This document shows, piece after piece, positions 17,635 to 26,679 of a stretch of DNA of 64,000 nucleotides. Position 1 is the first letter of the stretch; every line of letters starts with the position of its first letter. The position numbers and the translations under genes are program-made. Location of the stretch: NCBI GenBank assembly GCA_036558225.1, contig DATBGA010000121.1:4076-68075 (forward strand), given 5' to 3'. A model generated the notes under the pieces. It worked only from the letters and a program-made list of their open reading frames with translations, did not search any database and was not told the DNA's origin. This DNA comes from Candidatus Methylomirabilota bacterium. Lineage in GTDB: Bacteria > Methylomirabilota > Methylomirabilia > Rokubacteriales > DASRDR01.

Positions 17635-19200
17635 ATGCCTCGCTACCTCTGGCTCCGCATCGCCCTGGTCGCGGCCGTGATCGTGGGCTCGCTCCTCCTG
17701 GTGGCGCCCCGCGACTGGCACGGCCAGCGTCGCCAGCCGATCAACCTCGGCCTGGACCTCCAGGGCGGGATCCATCTGGTCCTCGGCGTGGACCTCGAGA
17801 AGGGGATCGAGAACGTGCTCGACCGCATGGGTGGCGACGTGCGGGCGGCCCTTCAGAAGAAAGGCATCGGCGCCCAGGTCACCCGCCAGGGGCGCACGGG
17901 GCTCCTCGTCCAGCTGGCCTCGCCTCAGGCGACCTCGGAGGCCCAGCAGGCCCTGGCCGGCTTCGTCGAGTTCGACACCCGGTCGCAGGACCCGGCCGCG
18001 GGCCGGATCGAGCTCGCGCTGAAGGACAAGGTGATCACCGAGCGCCGGAACTCCTTCGTGGACCAGGGCCTCAAGGTGATCCGGAACCGGGTGGACCAGT
18101 TCGGCGTCGCGGAGCCGACCATCCAGAAGCAGGGCGAGAACCGCATCCTCGTCCAGCTGCCGGGCGTCCAGGACCCCGCCCGGGCGAAGGCGCTCATCGG
18201 CAAGACGGCGGTGCTGGAGTTCAAGCTGGTCGACGACCAGGCGGACGCCACCCGCGCCGTCCAGGAGGGGCCGCCGCCCGGTGACGAGATCCTGTACGGC
18301 CGCCGCGTGGACCGCACGACCAAGGCCGAGACGCGGGTGCCCTACGTCGTCAAGAAGGAGGTCCTCCTCACCGGCGACGTCATCTCGGACGCCACCGTCC
18401 GGGTCTCCGACGTGGGCGAGCCCTACGTCTCGGTATCGTTCGACAGCGTCGGGGCGCGCCTCTTCGGCGATGCGACCGAGAAGAACGTGGGCAAGGCGCT
18501 CGCCATCATCCTCGACGGCAACGTCCACTCCGCGCCCGTGATCCGCGAGCGCATTCCCTCCGGGCAGGCCCAGATCTCGGGAGGATTCACCTTCGAGGAA
18601 GCCAGCGACCTCGCGATCGTGCTCCGAACCGGCGCGCTGCAGGCGCCCGTCCAGGTCCTCGAGGAGCGCACGGTCGGCCCCTCGCTCGGGGCCGATTCCA
18701 TTCGCAAGGGAGTCATCTCGACGGTGGCGGGTGCTCTGGCCGTCGTCGTGTTCATGCTCATCTACTACCGGCTGGCGGGCGCGATCGCCGACCTGGCGCT
18801 CCTGCTCAACCTCACCATCCTCCTCGCGGTGTTGGCGTGGCTCCAGGCGACGCTGACGCTGCCGGGCATCGCCGGCATCGTGCTGACCATCGGCATGGCG
18901 GTGGACACCAACATCCTCATCTTCGAGCGCATCCGGGAGGAGTTCCGCCTCGGGAAGACGGTGCGGGCAGCGATCGACGCCGGCTTCCGGCGGGCGTTCA
19001 CCACGGTCATCGATACCCACGTGACGGTCGTGGTATCGGCCGTCATCCTGTACCAGTTCGGGACGGGACCGATCAAGGGTTTCGCGGTCACGCTTTTCTG
19101 GGGCATCGTCGCGAGCCTGTTCACGGCGGTCTTCTTCACCCGCCTGATCTTCGATCTCATCTACATGGGCCGCCGGCGGCTCCAGACGCTGTCCATCTGA
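17635..19200 (+). CDS. secD: Protein translocase subunit SecD
   Basis: It has an N-terminal TM helix, a periplasmic domain (GLDLQGG, RVDQFGVAEP), VGPSLG and C-terminal TM helices. Confidence 0.92.
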   Translation: MPRYLWLRIALVAAVIVGSLLLVAPRDWHGQRRQPINLGLDLQGGIHLVLGVDLEKGIENVLDRMGGDVRAALQKKGIGAQVTRQGRTGLLVQLASPQATSEAQQALAGFVEFDTRSQDPAAGRIELALKDKVITERRNSFVDQGLKVIRNRVDQFGVAEPTIQKQGENRILVQLPGVQDPARAKALIGKTAVLEFKLVDDQADATRAVQEGPPPGDEILYGRRVDRTTKAETRVPYVVKKEVLLTGDVISDATVRVSDVGEPYVSVSFDSVGARLFGDATEKNVGKALAIILDGNVHSAPVIRERIPSGQAQISGGFTFEEASDLAIVLRTGALQAPVQVLEERTVGPSLGADSIRKGVISTVAGALAVVVFMLIYYRLAGAIADLALLLNLTILLAVLAWLQATLTLPGIAGIVLTIGMAVDTNILIFERIREEFRLGKTVRAAIDAGFRRAFTTVIDTHVTVVVSAVILYQFGTGPIKGFAVTLFWGIVASLFTAVFFTRLIFDLIYMGRRRLQTLSI

Positions 19201-19228
19201 GGCGGCGGGCACAAGGGGGCGCCACCCG

Positions 19229-20176
19229 ATGCTCCAGATCTTCACCAACGCGAACTATGACTTCATCGGCAAGCGTCGCTGGGCGTACGCGATCTCCCTG
19301 ATCGTGACCCTGGTCGGGCTGGCCCACATCGGCTGGCAGGGCGGGCTCAAGTACGGCATCGACTTCTCCGGCGGCACCCTGGTGCAGGTGCGCTTCCAGC
19401 AGCCCACGACGGTCGACGCCGTGCGGCGCGCGCTCGACCGGGTCCGCCTCGGCGACAGCGTCATTCAGGAGTTCGGCGACTCTCAGGAGTACCTGGTCCG
19501 GGTTCCCGCGGCGAGCGGCGCGCTGGAGGAGACCTCGAGGAAGATCGAGCAGGGGGTACGCGAGGCCGGCCTGCCCGGCTTCGAGGTGCGGCGGCTCGAG
19601 TTCGTGGGGCCCCAGGTCGGCCGCGACCTGCAGTTGCAGGCGGTCTACGCGGTGCTGGCGGGCATGACGGGGATTCTAGTCTACACCGCGCTCCGGTTCG
19701 ACTTCCGGGGCGGGGTGGCGGCCATCATCGCCCTGATCCACGACATCATGGTGGCGCTAGCCGCCCTATCGCTCACCAACCGGGAGATGTCCCTTCCGGT
19801 GCTGGCAGCGCTCCTCACGATCGTCGGGTACTCGATCAACGACACCATCGTCGTCTTCGATCGAATCCGCGAAACGCGCGGCCGGGGTCTGCGGAAGGGC
19901 GAGAGCCTGGCGAGCGTGATCAACACCGCCATCAACCAGACGCTGTCCCGCACCCTCCTTACCTCGCTGACGGTCTTTCTGGTGGTGGCGATCCTGTACA
20001 TCGCGGGCGGTGAGGTGCTGCGAGACTTCGCGTTCGCGCTCCTCGTGGGGGTGGTGACAGGGACCTACTCCTCGGTTTTCGTGGCCGCTCCGATCATCGT
20101 GGACTGGGAGAACTGGAGCCAGTCGCGCCAGCGAGGGGCCAAAAAGGCCGTGGTGAAGGCGGCCGCCGGGCGGTAA
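19229..20176 (+). CDS. secF: Protein translocase subunit SecF
   Basis: It has NYDFIGKRRWAYAIS, GIDFSGGT and the YSINDTIVVFDRIRE motifs. Confidence 0.92.
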   Translation: MLQIFTNANYDFIGKRRWAYAISLIVTLVGLAHIGWQGGLKYGIDFSGGTLVQVRFQQPTTVDAVRRALDRVRLGDSVIQEFGDSQEYLVRVPAASGALEETSRKIEQGVREAGLPGFEVRRLEFVGPQVGRDLQLQAVYAVLAGMTGILVYTALRFDFRGGVAAIIALIHDIMVALAALSLTNREMSLPVLAALLTIVGYSINDTIVVFDRIRETRGRGLRKGESLASVINTAINQTLSRTLLTSLTVFLVVAILYIAGGEVLRDFAFALLVGVVTGTYSSVFVAAPIIVDWENWSQSRQRGAKKAVVKAAAGR

Positions 20177-20269
20177 ACTACTAGATCACCCGGCGCCCGT
20201 CGGACCGATTCTCCGGGCGAGCGCGCAACGCCCTGCCCGGCGCCCCAGCGGGTGAGCCGGGACGCGCAC

Positions 20270-22414
20270 ATGCGAACGCTGAGCGACCTGCTGACCGAGA
20301 TCCCCCGCTACCAGGTGGGCGGGGACATCGACGTGGTCCGGCGGGCCTACGAGTTCACGTGCGAGGTCCATCGGGGCCAGCAGCGGGTCTCCGGCGAGCC
20401 CTACGACATCCACCCCTTGGCGGTCGCCGGCCTCCTCGTCGAGTTCAAGATGGACGCCACCACCGTGGCGGCCGGGCTCCTCCACGACGTCCTCGAGGAC
20501 ACCGCGACCAGCAAGGACGTCCTCGTCGAGCGGTTCGGCGGTGACATCGCCGAGCTCGTCGACGGCGTCACCAAGATCGGGAAGCTCGCGTTCGCGAGCC
20601 ACGAGGAGCGGCAGGCGGAGAACTTCCGCAAGATGCTGGTCGCGATGGCCCGGGACATCCGGGTCCTGATGATCAAGCTGGCCGACCGCCTCCACAACAT
20701 GCGGACCCTCCACTACCTGCCCCCGGAGAAGCAGCGCGCGATCGGCCGGGAGACCCTGGACATCTACGCGCCGCTCGCCCATCGGCTCGGCATGGCCAAG
20801 GTCAAGGGCGAGCTGGAGGACCTCGCCCTGAAGGCCCTCCACGCCGAGGTGTACGACGACCTCCAGCGCCGGGTGGCGAAGCGGCGCCTCGAGCGCGAGG
20901 CCGAGATCAACCAGGTCATCACGATCATCTCGACCAAGCTGTCCGAGGTCGGGATCTCGGGGCAGATCACCGGCCGGCCCAAGCACTTCTACTCGATCTA
21001 CAAGAAGATGCAGGCGGGGCGAGAGTTCGACGAGATCTACGATCTCACCGCGGTCCGCATCCTCACCCCGACGGTGCGCGAGTGCTACGGGGCGCTGGGC
21101 ATGGTCCACTCCCTCTGGAAGCCCGTGCCCGGCCGCTTCAAGGACTTCATCGCGATCCCGAAGTCGAACATGTACCAGTCCCTCCACACGACGGTCATCG
21201 GGCCGAAGGGCGACCCCGTGGAGATCCAGATCCGGACGCCCGAGATGCACCGGATCGCCGAGGAGGGCATCGCGGCGCACTGGCTCTACAAGGAGAAGAA
21301 GGATCGCTCCGGGCTCGACCAGGCGTTCGTCTGGCTGCGGCAGCTCCTCGAGTGGCAGAAGGAGATGAAGGACCCGCGGGAGTTCATGGAGACCGTCAAG
21401 GTCGACCTGTTCCCCGACGAGGTCTACGTGTTCACGCCGAAGGGCGACGTGAAGGCGCTCCCCGAGGGCTCGACGCCGATCGACTTCGCGTACGCGGTGC
21501 ACACGGAGGTCGGCAACCACTGCGCCGGCGCCCGCGTCAACGGGAAGCTCGTGCCCCTCCGCCACGTGCTCCGGCAGGGCGACATCGTGGAGGTCGTCAC
21601 CTCGCCCACCCAGAAGCCGTCGCGCGACTGGCTCAAGACGATCAAGTCGACGCGGGCCCGGTCGAAGGTCAAGCAGTGGCTCCGGACCGAGGAGCGTGTC
21701 CGCTCCGTTGCCCTGGGCCGCGAGCTCCTCGACCGGGAGGCGCGGAAGCACCGGCTCTCGCTGGCGACGATCCTGGAGGCGGAGGAGCTCCGCAAGCTGG
21801 CGGTCGAGCACGGGTACACGACGGTAGACGACCTGCTCGCCGGGCTCGGGTACGGCAAGCTCGCGACCTCGACGGTGATCGCGCGGTTCCAGCTTCCCGA
21901 GACGACGGAGGAGTCCCGGACGGAGGCGAAGCCCGCGAAGCCCGCCCGCCCGCGGACCGAGACGGGCGGCGTCACGGTCAAGGGCGTGGACGACGTGCTC
22001 GTGCGGTTCGCGAAGTGCTGCGGCCCGGTGCCGGGGGACCCGATCGTGGGCTTCATCACCCGAGGGCGGGGGATCACCGTGCACGCGCGGGACTGCCCGA
22101 ACCTCGCCGCGGGCGCCGTCGACAACGAGCGGACGGTGGAGGTGGAGTGGGCGGTCGCCGACCAGCAGGCGCTGCCCGTGAAGATCGCCGTGCACATCGG
22201 CCGGGACCGGCCCGGGCTCCTCGCCGACATCTCGACGGCCATCTCCTCGCGCCAGGCCAACATCGTGAAGGCCGAGGTGACGGTCACCGAGGACCGCAAG
22301 GGGCTGAACCACTTCACGGTGGAGGTGAAGGACCTCGACCAGCTCCAGGGCGTCATGGCGGCGATCTCCGCCGTCAAGGACGTCATCGGCGTCGAGCGGG
22401 TCCGCGGGCTCTAG
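20270..22414 (+). CDS. rel: Bifunctional (p)ppGpp synthetase/hydrolase (RelA/SpoT homolog)
   Basis: It has the HD hydrolase motif (HPLAVA...LLHDVLEDT), a synthetase domain (YQSLHTTV), TGS (VFTPKGDVKALPEGSTPIDFAY) and a C-terminal ACT-like domain. The start is set at ATG 20270; the listed GTG is at 20252. Confidence 0.92.
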   Translation: MRTLSDLLTEIPRYQVGGDIDVVRRAYEFTCEVHRGQQRVSGEPYDIHPLAVAGLLVEFKMDATTVAAGLLHDVLEDTATSKDVLVERFGGDIAELVDGVTKIGKLAFASHEERQAENFRKMLVAMARDIRVLMIKLADRLHNMRTLHYLPPEKQRAIGRETLDIYAPLAHRLGMAKVKGELEDLALKALHAEVYDDLQRRVAKRRLEREAEINQVITIISTKLSEVGISGQITGRPKHFYSIYKKMQAGREFDEIYDLTAVRILTPTVRECYGALGMVHSLWKPVPGRFKDFIAIPKSNMYQSLHTTVIGPKGDPVEIQIRTPEMHRIAEEGIAAHWLYKEKKDRSGLDQAFVWLRQLLEWQKEMKDPREFMETVKVDLFPDEVYVFTPKGDVKALPEGSTPIDFAYAVHTEVGNHCAGARVNGKLVPLRHVLRQGDIVEVVTSPTQKPSRDWLKTIKSTRARSKVKQWLRTEERVRSVALGRELLDREARKHRLSLATILEAEELRKLAVEHGYTTVDDLLAGLGYGKLATSTVIARFQLPETTEESRTEAKPAKPARPRTETGGVTVKGVDDVLVRFAKCCGPVPGDPIVGFITRGRGITVHARDCPNLAAGAVDNERTVEVEWAVADQQALPVKIAVHIGRDRPGLLADISTAISSRQANIVKAEVTVTEDRKGLNHFTVEVKDLDQLQGVMAAISAVKDVIGVERVRGL

Positions 22415-22445
22415 GGCGAGCCGGCCCGCCCCGGCCGTCCGAATC

Positions 22446-22829
22446 ATGATCGAGATCAGCCGCAAGGAGTTCGAGCAGCTCGTGGCGCGCGCCGTGCGGC
22501 GGCTGCCGAGGCGCTTCCGGGACCGACTGGAGAACATCGCCGTCGTCGTGGAGGACTGGGCCGACGGCGAGACCCTCGACGAGATGGGTATCGAGCCGCC
22601 CGACACGCTTTACGGCCTGTACCGGGGGACCGACCTCACGCGCCGAGATACCAACTACGGCAACGTCCTGCCCGACGTGATCACGATCTACCAGGGACCG
22701 ATCCAGGAGGACTGCGACACGCCCGACGAGATGGAGGAGCTGGTCCGGGACACCGTCGTCCACGAGGTCGGGCACTACTTCGGACTGGACGACGACCGGC
22801 TGTCCGAGCTGGAAGACGGGTCGGCCTAG
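22446..22829 (+). CDS. Small zincin-like metallopeptidase family protein
   Basis: 127 aa with the HEVGHYFG (HExxH) motif near the C-terminus. The architecture is that of the minimal zincin family. Confidence 0.7.
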   Translation: MIEISRKEFEQLVARAVRRLPRRFRDRLENIAVVVEDWADGETLDEMGIEPPDTLYGLYRGTDLTRRDTNYGNVLPDVITIYQGPIQEDCDTPDEMEELVRDTVVHEVGHYFGLDDDRLSELEDGSA

Positions 22830-22986
22830 TGGGCCGGCCGCGACCGGTCGGCGACGCCCGGCGGCGCCCGGGTGCGCGGGAGTCGCGCCGGGCGGCGGCT
22901 GGGGCGCCGGCGGCACCCCGCTGGCCGGGCCCGCGCTTCCCGGGATCGGCGCCCGGCCGGGAGCCAGCGGCGGCCGGCGGGACGGC

Positions 22987-24849
22987 GTGATGACCCGGTA
23001 TCCCCTCGCGGTCCGGCAGCGAGCCGTGCTCACGTTCGTGACGCTGAACGCCCTCGCCGCCGGGCTGCACGCGCAGCGGTTTCTGTTCGCGGAGAGCGCG
23101 CTCCCGTCCGGGCTGGGGCTCGAGTTCGCCGCGCTGGCGCTCCTCGCCCAGGTGGGCCTGGCGGCGCTGGTGATCCACGCCGTGCTGGGAGCGGTCGCGC
23201 TCGTCGACTCCCGGGCGCTCGTCACCGGCTTCCTCGCGGCGCTCACCTTCACGCTCCTCCAGACCTTCATCTACGTGGACGCGCGGATCTACGGCTTCTT
23301 CCGGTTCCACTTCAATGCGCTCGCGCTGAACGTGCTCTTCACGCCGGGGGGCTTCGAGTCGATGCAGCTCCCCGGGCGAGACGTCGCCATGGCGAGCGCG
23401 GGCATCGTCGTCCTCTTCGGTCTCGAGTTCCTCGGCTACGGGCTGCTCCTCCGGCGGGCCCGGGTCGCCACGTGGCCGGTCCGTCGCCGATGGCTCGCAC
23501 TCGTCGGCGTGACCCTCGGGCTGGTCCTGGCGGAGCGACTGACGTACGCGGCCAGCGATCTTCTGGAGATCCCCGGCGTGGCCCGCCAGGCGCGTCTGAT
23601 CCCGCTCTACGAGCCGCTCCGGCTGCGGCAGGTCCGCCAGCGCTTGCAGCTCCCGAGCGATCCCGGCGTCCGGTCCTCCGACCCCGGCGAGAGCGCCCTC
23701 GACTACCCGCGCGCGGCCGTGGTGGGGTCCGTCAGGGCCGATCACCGATGGAACGTGGTCTGGATCATGGTCGAGTCGTGGCGCTCCGACACGTTCACGG
23801 CCGAGAACACTCCGAACGTGTGGCGCTTTTCCCGGCGCGCCCAGGTTTTTCAGCAGCACCTCAGCGGCGGGAACTCGACGCGCTTCGGGATCTTCTCCGC
23901 GCTCTACGGCCTGCACGGGACCTACTGGTGGCCCGTCCTGGCCGAAGGGCACGGGCCCGTCATGCTCGCCAAGCTCGTCGAGGCCGGCTACCGGTTCCGG
24001 ATCCTGTCGAGCACCTCCCTCGGGTACCCGGAGTTCCGTCAGACCGCGTTCGTGTCGGTGCGGTCGTCGCTCACCGATCGCCTGCCGGCCGCGACCGTGG
24101 CCGAGCGCGACGTCCTCCAGGCTCGCGCGTTCCAGGAGTTCCTGGAGTCGACGCCGCGGGACGACGCCTTCTTCGCCTTCATGTTCCTCGGGGCGCCGCA
24201 CTTTCCCTTCCTGTTCCCGCCGGACCACGCGAAGTTCCTGCCGATCCTCGAGCAGCCCACCATCGCGCAGGCGCAGACGCCCGAGGGCGGCCGCCGGATG
24301 TACAACCGCTACCGGAACTCGATCCACTCCGTCGACTCGGTGATCGGGTCGATCCTGGACGCCCTGGAGCGGCGCGGGCTGCTCGACCGGTCGATCGTCG
24401 TGGTGACCGGGGACCACGGCCAGGAGTTCTACGAGCACGGGTTCTTCGGGCACGGCAGCGCGTTCACCCCGGAGCAGACGCACGTGCCGCTCGTCATGCA
24501 CGTGCCCGGGCTGCCCTTTCACGAGTACGGCCACCTGACGCAGCACCAAGACCTGCCGGCCACGATGCTCGCCCTCCTCGGGGTCGACGATCCTCCGGAG
24601 CGCTACAGCCTGGGCCACAACATGCTCGAGGGGCGAGAGCGGCCCTACGCCGTCGTGTGCGGCTTCCGGGAGTGCGCTCTCCAGGACCAGGAGGGCTGGG
24701 TCGTATTCGGCGTCGAGGGCAAGACCGCGCTGTCACTCGAGGCGCGCGACCGCGACTACGTCGAGGTCGGGGATCTCGCGACGGCCGTGAATCGGCGTCG
24801 TGACCGGCTCCTGGCGACCATGCAGGAGATGCGCGCGTTTCTCAGGTAG
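22987..24849 (+). CDS. Sulfatase-domain inner-membrane protein (YejM/LtaS-like)
   Basis: About five N-terminal TM helices are followed by an alkaline-phosphatase/sulfatase-like domain (VWIMVESWRSD, SGGNSTRFGIFS, VTGDHGQEF). Confidence 0.78.
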   Translation: MMTRYPLAVRQRAVLTFVTLNALAAGLHAQRFLFAESALPSGLGLEFAALALLAQVGLAALVIHAVLGAVALVDSRALVTGFLAALTFTLLQTFIYVDARIYGFFRFHFNALALNVLFTPGGFESMQLPGRDVAMASAGIVVLFGLEFLGYGLLLRRARVATWPVRRRWLALVGVTLGLVLAERLTYAASDLLEIPGVARQARLIPLYEPLRLRQVRQRLQLPSDPGVRSSDPGESALDYPRAAVVGSVRADHRWNVVWIMVESWRSDTFTAENTPNVWRFSRRAQVFQQHLSGGNSTRFGIFSALYGLHGTYWWPVLAEGHGPVMLAKLVEAGYRFRILSSTSLGYPEFRQTAFVSVRSSLTDRLPAATVAERDVLQARAFQEFLESTPRDDAFFAFMFLGAPHFPFLFPPDHAKFLPILEQPTIAQAQTPEGGRRMYNRYRNSIHSVDSVIGSILDALERRGLLDRSIVVVTGDHGQEFYEHGFFGHGSAFTPEQTHVPLVMHVPGLPFHEYGHLTQHQDLPATMLALLGVDDPPERYSLGHNMLEGRERPYAVVCGFRECALQDQEGWVVFGVEGKTALSLEARDRDYVEVGDLATAVNRRRDRLLATMQEMRAFLR

Positions 24850-24945
24850 ACCAGCGCCGACCGCCCCCTGATTTCTCCTCCCAAACCCCGATCCACGAGT
24901 GCTCATAGTGTCGGCTGGCTGACGCCATGTGCGATTGTTTTGGTC

Positions 24946-24974
24946 TTGACAGGGGTTTCACTCCTGGATAGGCT
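24946..24974 (+). promoter_or_regulatory. Sigma70-like promoter TTGACA-17 nt-TAGGCT
   Basis: The sequence reads gtcTTGACAggggtttcactcctggaTAGGCTttc. It lies in a lower-GC spacer ~38 nt upstream of the ATG at 25012. Confidence 0.35.
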
Positions 24975-25011
24975 TTCAGCGCACGTTGAAAATGACCGGA
25001 CAAGTGAAAGT

Positions 25012-26064
25012 ATGGCTCGAAGCGGCGAATTCAAGAAGGAAGCCGCGGAGCGGCTCCGCGGGCTCTTCCCGCAAGTCACTGAATGGCAAGAGTCGCTAGA
25101 TGCGACCGTCGGGGGCCAGACGGTGGATGTACTCGTCCGGTTCCAGATGGGGCAGGGGCAGGAGCCAAAGACCCTGATTTGTGAGACCCGCTCCCGGGGC
25201 GAGCCCCGGTACCTCCGCGAGGCCATCACCCGACTCCGCGAGCTCCGAACGCACCTGCCGGGAGCCTATCCGATCCTGGCCGCCCCCTACGTCACCCCCC
25301 AGTCGGCGGCTCTGGTCCGGCGGAACGGCTGCGGCTACCTGGACCTCGCCGGCAACTGCTACCTGGCGTTCGACAACGTCCTGATCCAGAAGGAGGGGCG
25401 CCCGAACGTCGCCCTAGTCCGGCGCCCGCTCAAGACCCTGTTCGCCCCCCGGGCGACGCGGGTGGTGCGGGCCCTCCTGGTGGAGCGGGAGCGGACCTGG
25501 CGGCTGGACGAGCTGGGGCGCGCCGTCGGCGTGAGCCTCGGCCATGCCCACAACGTGATCAAGCGGCTCGAGGAGCTGGACTGGGTCGAGCGGGGCCGAG
25601 ACGGACTGTATCGTCTTCCCCGTCCGGGCGACCTGCTCGACGCCTGGCGGGATGCGTACAGCTACCGCGTCAACGGGCTCAGCGCCTTCGTCTCCCCCGC
25701 GGGAGACAAGCGGCGGGTCATGGAGGCCCTGGCCCGGCACGCGACCGAGCTGGGCATGAGCTACGCGTTCACGCTTCACGCCGGCGCGTCCCTGATCGGG
25801 CCCCACACGCGCCTCCCCATGGTGCACGCCTACGTGAGCGGCGACACCGAGGCGCTCGTCCGGGTCCTGGGGCTCCAGCCGGTGGAGGGCGAAGGCTCGG
25901 TCTATCTCATGGCCCCGTACGATCCGGGTGTCTTCTACGCGCCCGTGATCAAGGGGGGATTCCGGGTGGTCAGTCTCCCGCAGCTCTACGTGGACCTCCA
26001 TGGTCACGAGCGGCGCGGGCGCGAGCAGGCGGAGAAGCTCCGTCGCGACGCGATGGGGTTCTAG
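25012..26064 (+). CDS. Hypothetical DNA-binding protein: PD-(D/E)xK-like N-terminus, winged HTH, AbiEi-like C-terminal domain (tentative)
   Basis: The start is set at Met25 of the listed ORF (MARSGEFKK). TVDVLV...LICETRS resembles a PD-(D/E)xK core. WRLDELGRAVGVSLGHAHNVIKRLEELDWVER is wHTH-like. The C-terminus ...VVSLPQLYVDLHGHERRGREQAEKL resembles AbiEi-type antitoxin C-domains. Domain calls are from memory, not a search. Confidence 0.7.
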   Translation: MARSGEFKKEAAERLRGLFPQVTEWQESLDATVGGQTVDVLVRFQMGQGQEPKTLICETRSRGEPRYLREAITRLRELRTHLPGAYPILAAPYVTPQSAALVRRNGCGYLDLAGNCYLAFDNVLIQKEGRPNVALVRRPLKTLFAPRATRVVRALLVERERTWRLDELGRAVGVSLGHAHNVIKRLEELDWVERGRDGLYRLPRPGDLLDAWRDAYSYRVNGLSAFVSPAGDKRRVMEALARHATELGMSYAFTLHAGASLIGPHTRLPMVHAYVSGDTEALVRVLGLQPVEGEGSVYLMAPYDPGVFYAPVIKGGFRVVSLPQLYVDLHGHERRGREQAEKLRRDAMGF

Positions 26065-26097
26065 CCGGGCTCACGGTGACGGAAGGAGGTGAATACG

Positions 26098-26133
26098 ATG
26101 GCGAAGAAGAAGGCGGCGAAGAAGAAGAAGTAG
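26098..26133 (+). CDS. Micro-ORF 1 encoding MAKKKAAKKKK (11 aa)
   Basis: ATGGCGAAGAAGAAGGCGGCGAAGAAGAAGAAGTAG is preceded by GGAGGTGA with a 5-nt spacer. It is identical to the copy 110 bp downstream and is not in the ORF track because it is too short. Confidence 0.5.
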   Translation: MAKKKAAKKKK

Positions 26134-26207
26134 TGCCCGAACGCGTCGTGCGAAGAGGGTGCAGCCCCTTCGCGGGACCAGCCCAAGATGGGGGGAGGTG
26201 ATGATCG

Positions 26208-26243
26208 ATGGCGAAGAAGAAGGCGGCGAAGAAGAAGAAGTAG
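26208..26243 (+). CDS. Micro-ORF 2 encoding MAKKKAAKKKK (11 aa)
   Basis: A 36-nt exact copy of micro-ORF 1 with the same GGAGGTGA SD (6-nt spacer). The flanking sequence is not conserved, so conservation is confined to the SD plus the ORF. Confidence 0.5.
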   Translation: MAKKKAAKKKK

Positions 26244-26303
26244 CGTGAGTGAGCGGGTCAGGGGACGATGCCAGCCCTGGCCCGGTGTGACGCGGTCAAC
26301 GCA

Positions 26304-26336
26304 GGCCGCCGGGGGCGACTGGCACCCCCGGCGGCC
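26304..26336. terminator. Perfect 12-bp GC hairpin between the micro-ORFs and rpmB (putative bidirectional terminator)
   Basis: GGCCGCCGGGGG-cgactggca-CCCCCGGCGGCC. It lies 5 nt beyond the rpmB stop on the minus strand. There is no clear U tract on either side. Confidence 0.4.
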
Positions 26337-26341
26337 GGTCC

Positions 26342-26533
26342 TCAGACGGCCTTGACGACCTTGCCCCCTCGCAGGCAGCGTGTGCAGACGCGGACCCGCT
26401 TGGCTCGGCCCTTCACGACCGCCCGCATCGACACCAAATTCGGCAGCCACCGGCGCGAGGAGACGTTGTGCGCGTGGCTGATCTGGTTGCCCACGACCGG
26501 GCCCTTCCCACACACATCACAGCGCTGGGCCAT
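26342..26533 (-). CDS. rpmB: 50S ribosomal protein L28
   Basis: MAQRCDVCGKGPVVGNQISHAHNVSSRRWLPNLVSMRAVVKGRAKRVRVCTRCLRGGKVVKAV (63 aa). The start is taken at the internal Met of the listed 100-aa ORF. Confidence 0.92.
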   Translation of the reverse strand: MAQRCDVCGKGPVVGNQISHAHNVSSRRWLPNLVSMRAVVKGRAKRVRVCTRCLRGGKVVKAV

Positions 26534-26679
26534 GCTCCTGGACTCCTCGGGAGAGATGGGGGTTCGGCGGCGCCGCGGCCCAGGAACGGGCCGGCTTGCC
26601 GCCGAGCAACGCACTTCTATACCATGGGGGCCGAGGTGAGACAAGCCTGGCGCCTCGGGCCGGCGCGGTCGTCCCTTCC

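Noticed and set aside
22872-24803. 643-aa plus-strand ORF overlapping the YejM-like gene in another frame
   Set aside because: It is Arg/Pro/Gly-rich and low-complexity. The 22987-24849 frame has TM helices and sulfatase-domain motifs.
26084-26243. The duplicated 36-nt unit as a CRISPR or tandem-repeat array
   Set aside because: There are only two copies, the repeat is not palindromic, no cas genes are present, and each copy is a complete SD-ATG-stop unit.
26061-26513. Minus-strand reading of the AAG repeats as Phe-rich (YFFFFAAFFFAIV) or Leu-rich peptides, reminiscent of a pheA-type attenuation leader
   Set aside because: There is no start codon or SD upstream of either Phe run on the minus strand. 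The two copies fall in different frames of the 150-aa ORF because the 110-bp period is not a multiple of 3. The plus strand has ATG plus a perfect SD for both copies.
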